Part shown: in pieces, positions 15,395 to 29,662 of the stretch | Layout: each line of letters starts with the position of its first letter | Position numbering within the stretch: the stretch's first letter is position 1 | Source: the human T2T-CHM13v2.0 reference genome, Homo sapiens | Reading direction: 5' to 3' (one strand) | DNA: 64,000 bases | Assembly: GCF_009914755.1 (NCBI RefSeq) | Contig: NC_060937.1 | Position numbers and translations under genes: made by a program | The notes under the pieces: generated by a model | Told to the model about the DNA's origin: nothing | What the model saw: only the letters and a program-made list of their open reading frames with translations | Databases searched by the model: none

Positions 15395-16649
15395 CAGGCC
15401 TCTCTCTTATTTTCCTGGGGAACAGTAGAACACTGTGTTCTACTGTTACTGATTCCTCAATGCTTGTTTGACTTGTGGTGGGGGTGTTCTCTGTTGTTTT
15501 GGTTAAGCCTTATTCTTAAGCAGGCACTGTGTCCCTGGGTCTCAGGGCATGGCCTTCTCAGGGCTCTTTCCTTTCCCCCAGCACTTATTCCTGTCCCTCC
15601 CCCATGAATAGAGGATGTTTTCTGTTCCCTTCCCCCAGCAGCAGTGAGTTTTCCCCAATCCTCTTGCAGATGAAGGCTTTGTTCCATAGGGGAGTTAAGG
15701 GAGAGGCCTGGTTAAGATTTCAAGCTTCTCCTGAATTAGCTGCTGTCTTCAAGGCTTGTACCAAGAAGGATGTTTTCTCCCAAGGTTCACCACTCCCTTT
15801 TGTGAGTCCTTGGTGGGGTACATGGAGAAAAGTCTACAAGAGGGTGTGAACTCCCCTACGTTTGCAGCCCCGTCAAGCACCACACTCTCTTGCCGGCCCA
15901 TCCTCTCAGCCTATATCAAATTAGTAAGTATTCTCACGGAATTCTTCTTTCTGGTGTCCGGCCACTTCTGGCTCAGGTAAGCAAATGATAGTGTCCCATC
16001 TCTCCCTGCAGATACCTGTGTCTCCTGAGTTTTGGTTGCCCTGTGTCGTCAGCTCTCTGATGGGCATAAGAAAAGTTATGAACTTGCAGTTTGTCCGATT
16101 TTCTATTGCTGTTACCTCATTAGGGTGGGAAATACACCGTTTCTGACTTTCTAGATTCCTGAACAGAAATCAAAAGTCAGGAATAGGGTTTTTATTTGAA
16201 ATTTTCTGTCTTTTAACAGTTTCCAACTAATTCAAATTTTTTAAATATGCAAGTCAAAACACATCTTGGATAGGATCCCTATGTGATCTCTGCTCCCAGG
16301 GTCTTGCCATGTACCAATTTGTGCCAGTTTGGGGTTCAGGGGATTTTCTAGACCTGTTTAGCCAAATTAAAGGTGTAAATCTTACATCACAAGTCTTTTC
16401 TTATTTGCTGTTTATAATTAGTTTATGGATATAACTGGTCAATGAGTAATCAGCTACTAACTAATCTTTTTTAATTAGTCTAATGTTTATTATTTCATGG
16501 TAACTATAAACCCCCATAAAATACTTTGGATAACACGTAATTGGAATTGTATTGGAGTCATATGATGAAAACCCATGAAACCTACTGAAGGACATAAAGT
16601 AAGGCTTCGGTAAATGAAGAGCCAGTGCAGTCTTATAAAAGAAGATTCA

Positions 16650-17092
<443 letters not shown>

Positions 17093-17509
17093 TTATAAAG
17101 CGCATTTGGGAAAGAACAATATCAAGAATAACCAGGAAATTTTTGATAAGTAAGATGAGTAATTAGGAGAAAACTTCCCTAACAAATATTAAAATGTATT
17201 ATAAAATTGCTATACTGTACTATGTTACAGGTAACAGGAAAGATGAGCAGATTAATAGGACAAAAATAGGATCAAGAAAAAGGCTAAAATATATATGAGA
17301 ACTTAGTGTGTGATAAAGGTGCCAGTGCAAAACCGTGAGAAAAAAAACGGCTTATTGAATACACGTTATTTAAAAAAAAATCCTCTGGAGAAAAAAAAAG
17401 ATGCACCTTCAAATTGCTACTCAACAAAAATAAATTCCAGATGGAAGAAATAAACAAATGTAAACTATAAGCTATAACATAAAATTTTCCAACTACTAGA
17501 AGAATTTTT

Positions 17510-18115
17510 ATTTTATTTATTTATTTATTTTAAGTTCTGGGATGCATGTGCAGAATATGCAGGTTTGTTACATAGGTATACGTGTGCCATGGTGGTTTGC
17601 TGCACCCATCAACCCGTCTTCTAGGTTTTATGTCCCGCATGCATTAGGTATTTGTCCTAATACTCTCCCTTCCCTTGCCCTCTACCCCCTGACAGGCCCC
17701 AGTGTGTGTTGTTCCCCTCCCTGCATCCGTGTATTATCCTTGTTTGACTGCCCCTTATGAGTGGGAACATGCAGTGTTTAGTTTTCTGTTCCTGTGTTAG
17801 CTTGCGGAGAATGATGGCTTCCAGCTTCATCCATGTCCCTGCAAAGGACATGAACTCATCCTTTTTTGTGGCTGTGTAGTATTCCATGATGTATATGTGT
17901 CACATTTTCTTTATCCAGTCTATCATTGATGGGCATTTGGGTTGGTTCCAAGTTTTTGCTATTGTAAATAGTGCTGCAATAAACATACATGTTCAACCAT
18001 TGTGGAAGACAGTGTGGTGATTCCTCAAGGATCTAGAACCAGAGATACAATTTGACCCAGCAATCCCATTACTGGACATATACCCAAAGGATTATAAATC
18101 ATTCTACTATAAAGA
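17510..18115 (-). mobile_element. L1PA 3' end with 5' inversion
   Basis: Antisense 3' end about 17510-17992, then sense segment about 17991-18115; TSD AGAA(G/A)AATTTTT. Confidence 0.9.
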
Positions 18116-18494
18116 AAAATTTTTAAAGAAAATCTGTGGCTAAGGAAAGCCCTTTCTAAGCATGCTGCAAAAACCAGAAACTTAAATAAACAGACTACTA
18201 CATTTGTCTACATAAAGTATGGCTAAAACAAACTAAAAAGACCTCCCCCCCACCAAAAAAAATCATAACCGTAAAAATGTTTAGGAGACAAATAACAGAA
18301 AAAGTATTTGCGTCATATATTAAAAAGTAGCAATAGTAGTATTATCTATGCAAATATTAATCGTAGTTCATGTAAATCAATAAGAAAATAACAAACGCCT
18401 CAATGGAAAAATGGACAATTGTTTGTCACATTGGCAAAGATGACCCAGCATCAGCAAGGGTGGTAAAGGGCACGCTCGTGCATTCATGGGATGT

Positions 18495-18950
18495 GTATCA
18501 ATCTCCCAGAGTTGCTGTATCAAAGCACCACAAACTAGGCGGCTTAAAATAACAGAAATTTATTATCTCATAGTTCTAGGGGCTAGAAGTCAGAAACCAG
18601 GCTGTTTGGCAGGGCCATGCACCTCTGAAGCTTATAAGGAAAGATCCTTCCCTGCTTCTTCCAGCTTCTGGTAGCCTAGGCATTGCTTGGTTTGTAGATT
18701 TATCACTCTAATCTCTGCCTCTGTTGTCACATGGCATTCTCTACCTTCCTTCTGTGTCTGTCTGTGTCCAAAGTCTCCTCTTCCTATAAGAACTCCACTC
18801 ATATTGGATTATGGCCCACTCTAATCCCTCATGACTTTGTCTTGATTACATCTGCAAAGACCCTATTTCCAAATAAAACGGCATTCACAGGTTCTGGAGG
18901 TTGGAAATGCAACATATCTTTTTGAGGGATACAATTCAACTCATAACAGA
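18495..18950 (-). mobile_element. MLT1B/C MaLR LTR
   Basis: aacagaaatttattatctcatagttctagg...acaattcaactcataaca. Confidence 0.8.
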
Positions 18951-19700
18951 GTGTAAGTTGGGTACAGTCTTTCCAAGGGACAGTTTGGCAATATGTTTCA
19001 GAGTTCCATTTTCATAAATATACTCTAATGACGTCTTTGCACAAATGGGAAACTTACATACCGGTTTTTGTTGTGATTGTTCATCAAAGTGTCATGGTCA
19101 GTGATTGTCTGGGACTGGTGCGTAAGAGTTAAAATAATTTACCAAGACAGGAATGAGTTTAGAAAGGCAGGTTTATTGCAGAAAGGGGAGGTATGTTGCA
19201 AGGATATAACGGGCAAGGCAGCGGAAGGAAGGATGTCTGCCAAGAGGCAAGGCCTGGAGGGGAGTTTTATAAGGAGGCTAAATGCTTGTGGACAGGATGC
19301 TGGGGCATAGATGGGCTGTGAGCTGAGTGCCTGTCACAGGGTGCCTGAGTGCTAGCGCGCCTTTTGCAGTTGACCCCATTTCTAGGAATATTTGTTCCTC
19401 TTTACCCCAGCTAAGCCCGTTCTTTAACTTTTTCTCTTAACTTTTTAGGGCCCCGCTCAAAGCACTATATAAAACTCCGGAAAAAATGTCAACAACCGTT
19501 ATGCTCATTAATACGGAACCTTTAAGGAAATTCAGAATGAAACATTATGCACATATTTAGGTCTATTTTTATTGATACGGAAACACACTCTAGATATCTT
19601 GCTAAGTGAAAAAAGCAGGTTACAAAATAGTATGATCTCATTTATATAAAATTGTACATCTTTACATAAATGTAGAGCCTGAAAAAATGTTCAGCAAATT

Positions 19701-19874
19701 GGCCACGCACGGTGGCTCACGCCTGTAATCCCAGCACTTTGGGAGGCCGAGGCGGGCGGATCACGAAGTCAGGAAATCGAGACAACGGTGAAACCCCGTC
19801 TCTACTAAAAAAAAAAATACAAAAAATTAGCCGGGCGCGGTGGCGAGCGCTGAGGCAGGAGAATGGCGTGAACC
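19701..19874 (+). mobile_element. Deleted, tail-less AluY (AluYd-like)
   Basis: atcgagacaacggtg shows about 12 bp lost; second deletion in right monomer; ends at gtgaacc. Confidence 0.85.
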
Positions 19875-20179
19875 ATCTTACATGTAGTATTTAAAATTAG
19901 AGCATCTCCACACTTTTTTTTTTAAAGGCTGGGAGAGGTCATTTTTGTGAAGTTTAAAGAACCCTGCACTTGAGGACAGAGAGCTGGGCTGGCCCGTCTC
20001 CAAACAGAAATGGCTGTATTGCTTACTGATTATGAAATCTCACATGCATCACATCTTATCTGGATTTTTTTCTTCCTATGCAGGTGAGGATTACAACACT
20101 GGAGCAGTTATTTCAAGGATTAAGTAGATGAACTATTTGGGAGCCACTGGCAAACTGGGAAGTGCCAATTCATTCTTCA

Positions 20180-21140
20180 ACTGTGTTAGGCAGAGTTCTA
20201 GGCTCTGTGGATTCCTCAGGAAAGGGGATAAATGTACATTCATGGAGCTAATATGCTGAAGGGAGAAAACTGACAAACTAATACACAAATCTTTGCTATA
20301 ATAACAAGTATGGAAGTATGAGGAAAAACATAAAATGGGTGTAATACAAACATGTATTTCATATAAATCTGCCATGTAAATATGTATCACAATGTCGAGT
20401 TCAGAAGTATCAAGAAAAATACAACAGGCTAAGGGCATAGAGGGGCCTGAGAGTTTGCTGTTTGAGGTAGGGTGGTGGGAGAAGCCCTCCCCATAAGATG
20501 GCACTGACTTCATTCCTGGTGGAAGTGTGGGAGGAGGGGAGAACCTTGGGACCATCTCGGGGAAGAGCCTTCCAGGCAGAGGGAACAAGCATAGGAGCCC
20601 TGCATGTCCTAAGAGCGGGTCAATGTGGCTCCAGAGAAATGAGGGAGACTGGTGGTAGGTGAGGTCCAACAGGTAGAAGTACAGACCATGGTGTGCCTCT
20701 GCATTCGGACTTTACTTTGAATGAGAAAAGAAATATGGCAGGGTTTTAAGTAGAGACTTGACACTATCCAACTTCTGTTTTAAAAAGATCACTCCCTACA
20801 TAGAATATATTGTTGGGAGGCAGAAATGGAAAGAGGGAGACCAATTAGGAGGCTATTGCAAAGCCCAAATGAGAGTCATGGATGGCTTGTGCTGGGAGGT
20901 ATTGGGAAAGAAAGTGAGGAGTGGTAGATTCTGATGGAATCCACCTCTATGGAGGTAGAGCCAAAGGGACTTGCTGGTGGACTCACTGCGTGTTTGGGAG
21001 AGAAAGGGGAGGGAGATGACTCCAAACTTTACCCTAAGCAGTTGGAAAAATGCAGTTAGCGTCTGAGATAAGGGAGGTTGGGGAGGAGTGGAACTGGATA
21101 ATAAGGGTTCAGTCTTGGATGGCAGGTGGCACCCAAATGT
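20180..21140 (-). mobile_element. L2 fragments
   Basis: aaaagatcactc; gagaccaattaggaggctattgca; gatgactcc motifs. Confidence 0.7.
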
Positions 21141-21609
21141 AAGTTAGAATTATTATTGATCTCACCCTGGCTGGGCAAGATGATAAGAGAGTAAGCTCAA
21201 TACCAAAGTTATTTTCCTCTTCGTTGACTCCCTGACATTTTCTCCCCTAACCTGAACTTCACAGGAACACCAATTACCTTCACATGTGATGGGATTCACT
21301 TACCTGGGGAGGAGTGGAGGGAAGAGGAATCTACCCTGGTACTCCAGTAACAAACCCTGGCGTGGACAGTGGAAGCTGAACCTCCACTGTGAGTAGATCT
21401 CATTAGCATCAGCTGCTCCCAGCATAAAAAGAGCACAATGTTCTTCCCAAGGCATCTCTCTGATCACTAGTGATTGCTCCACAGGACTGAGTGGACATGA
21501 TTCTAAGCAGTAAAGGAGAACTTGGGAAGTGTTGCTATTTGATACCATGAACTGGAGAGGAAGAAGTTCTGCTTTGGGAATGTTAGAAACCTCTCCTGTT
21601 AACAGATTA

Positions 21610-22245
21610 GAAATATGAACACTTTCACACTGTTGGTGGGACTGTAAACTAGTTCAACCATTGTGGAAGTCAGTGTAGCGATTCCTCAGGGATCTAGAAC
21701 TAGAAACACCATTTGACCCAGCCATCCCATTACTGGGTATATACCCAAAGGATTATAAAACATGCTGCTATAAAGACACATGCGCACGTATGTTTATTGC
21801 GGCACTATTCACAACAGCAAAGACTTGGAACCAACCCAAATGTCCAACAATGATAGACTGGATTAAGAAAATGTGGCACATATACACCATGGAATACTAT
21901 GCAGCCATAAAAAATGATGAGTTCATGTCATTTGTAGGGACATGGATGAAGCTGGAAACCATCATTCTCAGCAAACTATCACAGGGACAAAAAACCAAAC
22001 ACCGCATGTTCTCACTCGTGGGTGCGAATTGAACAATGAGAACACATGGACACAGGAAGAGGAACATCACACACCGGGGACTGTTGTGGGGTGGGGGGAG
22101 GGGGGAGGGATAGCATTAGGAGATATACCTAATGTTAAATGACGAGTTAATGGGTGCAGCACACCAACATGGAACATGTATACATATGTAACAAACCTGC
22201 ATGTTATGCACATGTACCCTAAAACTTAAAGTATAATTAAAAAAA
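21610..22245 (+). mobile_element. 5'-truncated primate L1PA (ORF2 C-terminus, 3' UTR, A tail)
   Basis: ORF 21790-22032 MFIAALFTTAKTWNQPKCP is the L1 ORF2 end; ccctaaaacttaaagtataat terminus. Confidence 0.97.
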
Positions 22246-22266
22246 GAAAAGAAAAAGCTATTTTCA

Positions 22267-22579
<313 letters not shown>

Positions 22580-24077
22580 CTATTTTCAGTCCTTGCTTTT
22601 TAAAACTCTCATAGAATTTTTAAAAATTCCATTAGCTTGGATTACAGGCAGAGAGTCGTTTGCTGTAAAAATGGGTAGTATAAGGTAACTGTTTATGTTG
22701 TCAAAGAAGCAGTATTTTGCTCTTCAGGAGGAAGGTAGAGGGAGGTCAGTCTTGTTCACTGGGAAGCCTGACCATTTTGCCCACAGCCTGGCATGAACCA
22801 TGGTGTACAGCAATGTGTCAGGCTCAGTGTGTTTAATGGGCTGTTGCTATGAAATTTTTGTCCCTATAATCAGAGCCTCTGCCTTGATAACTTAATTGCA
22901 CTTTTAAAAAACTCTTGAATTTGAGTACATCCTGAAAATATCATGAGGGCTTTTGATTAATGTAAAATTAAAGCTCTTTCAGAAGCATTAATTGAATAAA
23001 GAGAACACTATTCAAAGAGCTGTAAGGACATCCCAAACCATTTGAAGACACAGACACTACAGTCATTATCTTAAAATCTGGTTAATTAAGGCTCTAAGTG
23101 TCATTTCAAACATTTTGACTTCCGGGTACTTTATATTTAAGTTTCTATCTAATTTTCTTGTTCTCTTGACCATTAGGAATCTATTTTTTCTTCTCACATT
23201 GAATCTTTTTGTTTCCATGTTAGCAGGAAAATAACTCTAGAATATTTCTGATGCAGTCTTTCAACCCATCTTTCTTACTTGCCAAGTGTTGATGAAATGT
23301 CATAATTAAAAGTGATCTGTTTCTTCTGTGGTGACTAAGCTAAAACATGCTCCTTGCTTGGCAGAATAATTTGTTTTTTGACTGTTGAAAGAAACAAATT
23401 GTAAACATAATATTAAGTTAGTGTTAAGATTGACAAACCATATACTTAACAGATTGGGTAATTGCTATTTCCCCAAATAAGGTAAAAGAATCCATTAAGT
23501 TATGGGTTAACGGTCAAGTTAACAGGTTGACTTGAAACCACAAGTACCATTTAAGATGCTTTTAGCTGAAAGTCATAGAAGACCCATAATGCCTAAACAT
23601 TTACAAAATTAATTACCTTACAACATAAACTAGGTGGTAGAGAATTCTCCAAAGTTGGCTAATTCAACATGTAATTTAAATAGAATATTCCTCACTGTGT
23701 GAGCTTTAGTCCTCACATTCATCCTGGTTGCAAGATTCTGCAGCACCTCCATGCAGAAGCTCCCTCTGAGGCAGGACTGGAACTCTGCTTTCTCCTTTTT
23801 TTCACTTTTTAAAAGCAGAGAAACCTTTCCCCAAAAGCCACCCAGTAGACTTCCACCTACATCTGATTGGCCAAAGTTGTGTTAAATGCTTATGACTAAG
23901 CCCAAATCAGAGAGGACAGTGGGTTGCCATGCTTGTCTCAGGCCGCTTGATTCACCCACCGAGATGAGAGAGAAACTCCTCCTTTCATGAAGGGCATGAC
24001 CCCCAACACCTACTCGAAGGCAGAGTTCTGTCAGCCAGGGAAAGATGGGCAGAATGGCTGCTGGGTGGAAAAGCTTG

Positions 24078-24499
24078 TGCTGTGATTTGAATGTGTGTCC
24101 CCTCCAAACTCATGTTGAAATGTGATCCCCAGTGTTGGTGGTTGGGCCTGGTGGGAGGTGTCTGGGTCATGGGGGTGGATCCCTCATGAATGGCTTGGTG
24201 CAGTTGCCATGGTAATGAGTGAGTTCTCACTCTGCTAGTTCCAATGGGAGCTGGTTGTTTAAAGGAGCCTTGGCACCTCTTCTTCCTCTCTCTCTTGCTC
24301 CCTCTTTCACCATGTGACATGCCTGCTCCCCCTTTGCCTTCTGCTATGATTGCAAGCTTCCTGAGGCCTCACCAGAAGCAGATGCCAGCACCACACTTCT
24401 CATACAGGCTGCAGAACTGTGAGCCAAATAAACCTCTTTTCTCTATAAATTACCCAGTCTCAGGTATTTCTTTATAGCAACACAGAGTGAGCTAACACA
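24078..24499 (+). mobile_element. MST-type MaLR LTR
   Basis: gggtggatccctcatgaatggcttgg; ataaattacccagtctcaggtatttctttatagca. Confidence 0.9.
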
Positions 24500-24519
24500 G
24501 CATGGCAAGCACCAGTGTC

Positions 24520-25070
24520 TGCCTGCACAGTCTTCTGGTGTTCCTCCTATCTCTCCAGCTGCTCCCCTGTCAACCCCTTTGCTTAGTCCTCCTCTGCCTC
24601 TCCTCTAAATATCCTCCTGGGCCCTCTTCTCTATGAGTGCTCTCTGCTTAGAAAATCTCACCCGGGCTCTAGTCCTGTGGTTTTAAATGGCATCCACATG
24701 CTGGCAACCCTCCAAATTGATAGCCTCAGCTCTGACCTCTCCTCTGAGCTCCATATCTGGACACCTAACTGTCCATTTGACATCTCAACGTTCATGTCTC
24801 AGAAGCATCTCAAACATGATATATTCCAAACAGAAATTTTTATATTTCCCAAATCAGCAACTCCCCAAGTGTTTCCAGCTTAGAAAATGGCATCTCCATC
24901 TGCCCAGTTGTTCAGGACAGATGCCCAGGAGTCAGTCTTGACTCTTACCTTCCCTAATGACACAACTCCACCACTTTTTTTCTGTTCAATCTGTTATCTA
25001 GCATGGTGCTCCAAGGGCCCAGCCAACATCAGGTGCTCAATAAATATTTGTTGAAAATTGATTGAATGTA
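24520..25070 (+). mobile_element. L2 fragment
   Basis: Ends ggtgctcaataaatatttgttgaa. Confidence 0.75.
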
Positions 25071-26484
25071 CTTGTATAATATGAACCTTGACGGAAGGGT
25101 GGAAATGTGGAAGTTAGAAGGAGCATGAGGTTGGCATTCTGGTAAAGGTGTTCATTCTAAGATTAATTGAAGGCAATGTTTACAATGCATTCTGGGAGGT
25201 ATAATGCCATTATTCCTCCTCGATTCAAATGTAATCCCACCCATATTTGAACAAGACTTTCATGGGCACTAAAGCAGTGGTGGAGACAGAGTCTTATAAT
25301 TTACTTGGAGCTTCTCAGATGCACTGGCCTCCAGAATGCACCTGGTGGCAACACCATGTTTGATGACACAGTGCACAGTGAGGACCCAACGTGAGTTGAA
25401 ATTGTAATGCATGACCTGGATTTCCTCTCAATAAGGCCTGTGATCAGTGACTGCCGAAATGGGGAGCTGAGGGATGTTGTTCTTTTCTTTCCCATTGTCA
25501 GTGATACTGATTGCCATGATGTTGAAAAAATGGAAGATTCTATCAGTCAGCTACTGCTGCAAGGCAAGCACCTACAAAATCTTGGTGGCATAGAGCAATA
25601 AACATTTATTTCACATGCATCTGCTGCTTGGCTGGAGTGGCTTGTCTAGGCTGGAGTAGGTCTTAGAGCTGTTGATCTGACTGGATTTGCAGGTGGTGAC
25701 TCCTCCCCATGTGTATTCATCTGGGTCCCAGCTAAAATGACAGCAGCTACCAGAGGCAGACTCTTCTCACAGTGATGACAGGAGGGCAAGTGGAAACTCC
25801 TTGAAACCTTTTAAAGCCTAGACTCGCAACTGGCACCCTGCCACTTCTGTCAGTTAGTCAAAGCGAGCTGCAAGACCAAGCCTGGAGTCAAGGGCAGTGC
25901 ATGATGCCTTTTGTAGGAGGATTCACAGGGTTATAGGGCAAAGAGTATGGATATAAGGAGCAGGAGGAATTGGGGCAATAATTGAGTCCACTGAGTATAT
26001 ACCACACATGGGAGAAGACAAAAGAGAAAGCCTGGACTCAGGTTGAAGTGATGGAGTCCAGGGTGGAGCTGCCTGTCTCTCTATTCCTGGCTGCATCTCA
26101 CTGTAATTCAGAGTACACCGTATGTTCCCTTTGGAATAGACTACCCGATAGAGTCTCCATCTCTCCCAAATCCATTTGCTATTTATTCAGTAATGCCTGG
26201 ACTACTTTCCAGGCTGGTGCCCTGGATGTTGATTCCTCTAGTACGGTTGTTATGGGAAACATTTCATTTCACATCTGCTGACACAATTTGCTGTCTCTCT
26301 AAAAAAAAAAAGAAGAAGAAGAAAAGGAGAAAGAGAGAGAGGTTCATACTCCAATGGCTGTAAAGGATAAGGAGTAATTTATTCAGAGCTATATACAAAT
26401 CAGACTATCTTCTTCCAGACAGAATCAATAATATAATTTTAAGCCCACACACATTTACAAACGCCAGCACTCCCGTGCAGCTGG

Positions 26485-26499
26485 GTTGCCATGGGCAAC
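26485..26499. promoter_or_regulatory. RFX X-box GTTGCCATGGGCAAC
   Basis: Palindromic half-sites GTTGCC/GGCAAC with 3-nt spacer; weaker box GTTGTTATGGGAAAC at 26246-26260. Confidence 0.6.
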
Positions 26500-29400
26500 C
26501 AGGGCATGCCAGCTCCTGATCTGAAGCAGGCCGATGTCTCCCAGCCTTGTAAGCACATTCTGCAGACAGAATTCACAGAATTCAAGGGAGCTGAGGATGT
26601 TAGTGTTGGCTCTGATCTGACCGCCACACAAATGCATCCCTGTGATGGTTTGGATTAGCTCTTGTCTGAACTGCTTAGCTTTATTTAAACTTCTGTTTGC
26701 ACAGGACTTCTTCAGTCTCCCTTCTGTGTCTGTGTTTCAGCAGGCTGGAGATGGAGGGGGAGGTGTGTGAAGGACCTGTGGGCAGGGAGGAGAGCAGGTA
26801 ATGAGAGTTCCACCCACAGCCACTGGTGGTCACAACAGCCAAGGGTGGGGCTCAGGTCCACTGAGGGCAGGCTGGATGCTAAACCAATGGATCTTCCCAA
26901 TAAGAACTGGGCCCGGTGGATCTTCCCAATAAGAGAGCCTGATGGGGTGTTGGGAGTGGATGTGTGTTGGATGTGAAAACAAGAGCCAGAAACAGGAAGG
27001 TAGGAAGGAGAGAAGAGGGTGGTCTGGCAAACACAAACATTGGGAGCAGGTAGGGACAGGCAGGTCCCGGTAAAAGGGCTGGGGATGGGGAGAGTGTGCA
27101 GGAATGACCCATGATGGTTGCATTTGGATATGTCAGTACAAACCTAAATGCACTGTCAAAGGAAGCCTGAATTAGAGATTTCCTGGTGAGGAAGTCACTG
27201 ACCTTCACAAAAACCATGAAAACATTTAATGAAGAATGCAGAAATTTTTTTTTTAATTAAGTAGTATGATAAAATCATGTGACCTGTCCCTACCCAACTG
27301 GACCTAGTCTTGGTCAGACACAAAGAGGAACAGATGGATAGAGAGGCCTGGGCTGTATCCCACACCCACCACTGAACCAGCATAGCCTCGACCTGTAACA
27401 GAGGCTTCGACCTCCGTGTACACATCTGCTGCAATGGAGAGGTGCCTTGTGGGGGAACAACTGAGCAAAAGGACTTAGGGGAGACTGGGCTGGTGAGGGG
27501 ACCTGTAAGCCTGGGGTTTGTGTGAGTTGGGGTCGGGGGAGACTTATCAGAAAAGTCTTTAAAGTGCAGCAGAAAAATTGTAGGAAGTACTTGGAGATCA
27601 CCTGGTCCAACCACCTCATTTTACAGACAAGAAAGTTCAGATCACAAAAGTTAAATAATTTGCCCGAGGTCAGAAAACCCGAGAGAGGCAGGTGGAAGGC
27701 AGTGGGGCTGTACTGACCATGGGGCAGGGGGAAGCCCCAGGCTCCAAGCAGAGGGTGGCACAAGGAAAGGAAGGGTCAGGAAAGTAGATCTGGGATCTAG
27801 AAGGATCACGGAGAATGGCAAAAGTTAGGGGGCCCCAGAAACCACTGCTGTTGGGGGTCACAGTGACAGCGGACAACAGGAGGACACTGGCTAATGACAT
27901 GGCCCTGGGCAGATAAAGGGGATGAGGGTGAGAAAGAGTAAAATCATGGCTGGACTTCTGAGTGTCGGCAGCAGGTCAGATGGTGCTTCTGTTTCCAGGA
28001 GAGTGAGGAGCGGGAGAGTGAAAGATGACTCTGTTTGGGAGGCTGGGCAGCTGGTTATATGGTGGGATCGTTCCTAGGGAATGAGTCTGCAGCAGCTCCC
28101 AGCATGCTGAAGATGGAGGAGCCAGTCAGACAACCGGGGGAGAAATCCTGCCTCCAGGGAAGGCTACCCTGCACCTTTAGGATCAGTGGGACCCCCACCC
28201 ACCACGCCTCACTCATGTGAGGGCAAGCTCCACTGTCTCTGGCTCCAGGGCTTGTCTCTGACTCTTATCTCCCTCGTTCCTAAATCCTCTGGCTTCCTAT
28301 TTTCCAGTATAGACCCCCAAGTTCTGATCTTCTTCTATTAATCTGTGGGCACAATCACCTCTGAAGTACTAATCTCGACCATTGCCATCAGATGCCTGAT
28401 TCCTTGTGCACACAGACATCAATGACACCAACATTTCTGCATGAGGACAAGACACGCTTTCCCACTGTCTGTCCTGAGGGACCCCTTTTCTGAGTAACCT
28501 CACCCTGCTGCAATGGTGCCTCCCATAGCTCTCCTGAGCTCCAGACCTTTATTGCTAATTTCCTGGTAAGCCTCTTTACCCAGATATCTCAAAAGGGGCT
28601 TTGATGACTCCAGCAGAATCAATTATCTTAAACTCCATTTCTTTTCTCCTTTTCTCATAGCCTCTTCCCACTGTGCCAGTCAGAACCCTGGAGCCATCCT
28701 TCCTCTCCCCAAGCCCTGCAGTCACTGCTGCTGCTTGTCTCCATCCCCACTGTCCTGCCTTGCTGCAGGTCCACTGCACTTCCATCCTGGGCTGCTGCAA
28801 AGGATCTCCTTCACTTCCAATCTCTCCATGCTACAGGGAAAATGGTCTTTCTCCGAAGCCTTGCTGAGATGACTCTTCATTTTCTTAGGAATGATGAAAT
28901 CCAACCTCCTTAATATGACCTGCACTTTCCTTCAGGATCCCACCTCTACACATTTTTTGGCCTTATCTCTTTCCTTTTCCTGGCTGGTGCCAGAATTTCC
29001 TCATGCTTAATCACTAGCAGCGCCATGACTACATCCAGCATCCAGCTCATTGTTGCTTCTGCACGGTTGTACTTGTTCTGTCTGTTCCTGGAAGAACAGC
29101 CCCTCTTGTCTGCCTGAAAAACTAATACTTACCCTTCCAATGGCTTCTCCTTTGGGAAGCACCTCCCCACCCAACCTTGGCAGCCAGAGTTAACGGCTTC
29201 CTCTCCGTGTTGTTGAAGAGCCCCAAGGACACCCTCTGACATGGCACTTACTGTGGTATAAAATTGTTGGCTCGCCTCTCTGTCCTTGGTTTTGTCTTCA
29301 CTGTCTCAGCAGCTAGCATGTTGTCTGGTGTAGGGTACGTTTTTAACAAATGCTGGTCAAAGTAAGATGATGGAGGAAGAAATGAGTGATGAGTTCCAGC

Positions 29401-29662
29401 AGTGCTCCCTCACTGTGCCCGCTCCCATTCTGAAGGAGCTGCTTTCAGTGTTGAACAGAGGCTGACTCCCAAGTAAACCACCCCCTGCAGACTAGCTGCA
29501 GCTTTGCGGGTACAGATTCTGCTAAGCTGGGATAGCAACAGTATTTAGAACCAGAAGGAAACCTAGGGATTCCTTAGCACACCTTCTAATTTTAGGAGCA
29601 AGGCTCAGAGAGTGAGGCAGCATGGCCAAGGTCACATGACTGGATAGTTAGAAAGCCACTTC

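Noticed and set aside
21790-22032. L1 ORF2 C-terminal peptide as a coding gene
   Set aside because: Part of a 5'-truncated, non-autonomous L1
22900-23560. AT-rich stretch with many TAAT motifs, a possible conserved enhancer
   Set aside because: Such motifs are expected by chance at this AT content, and conservation cannot be judged from one sequence
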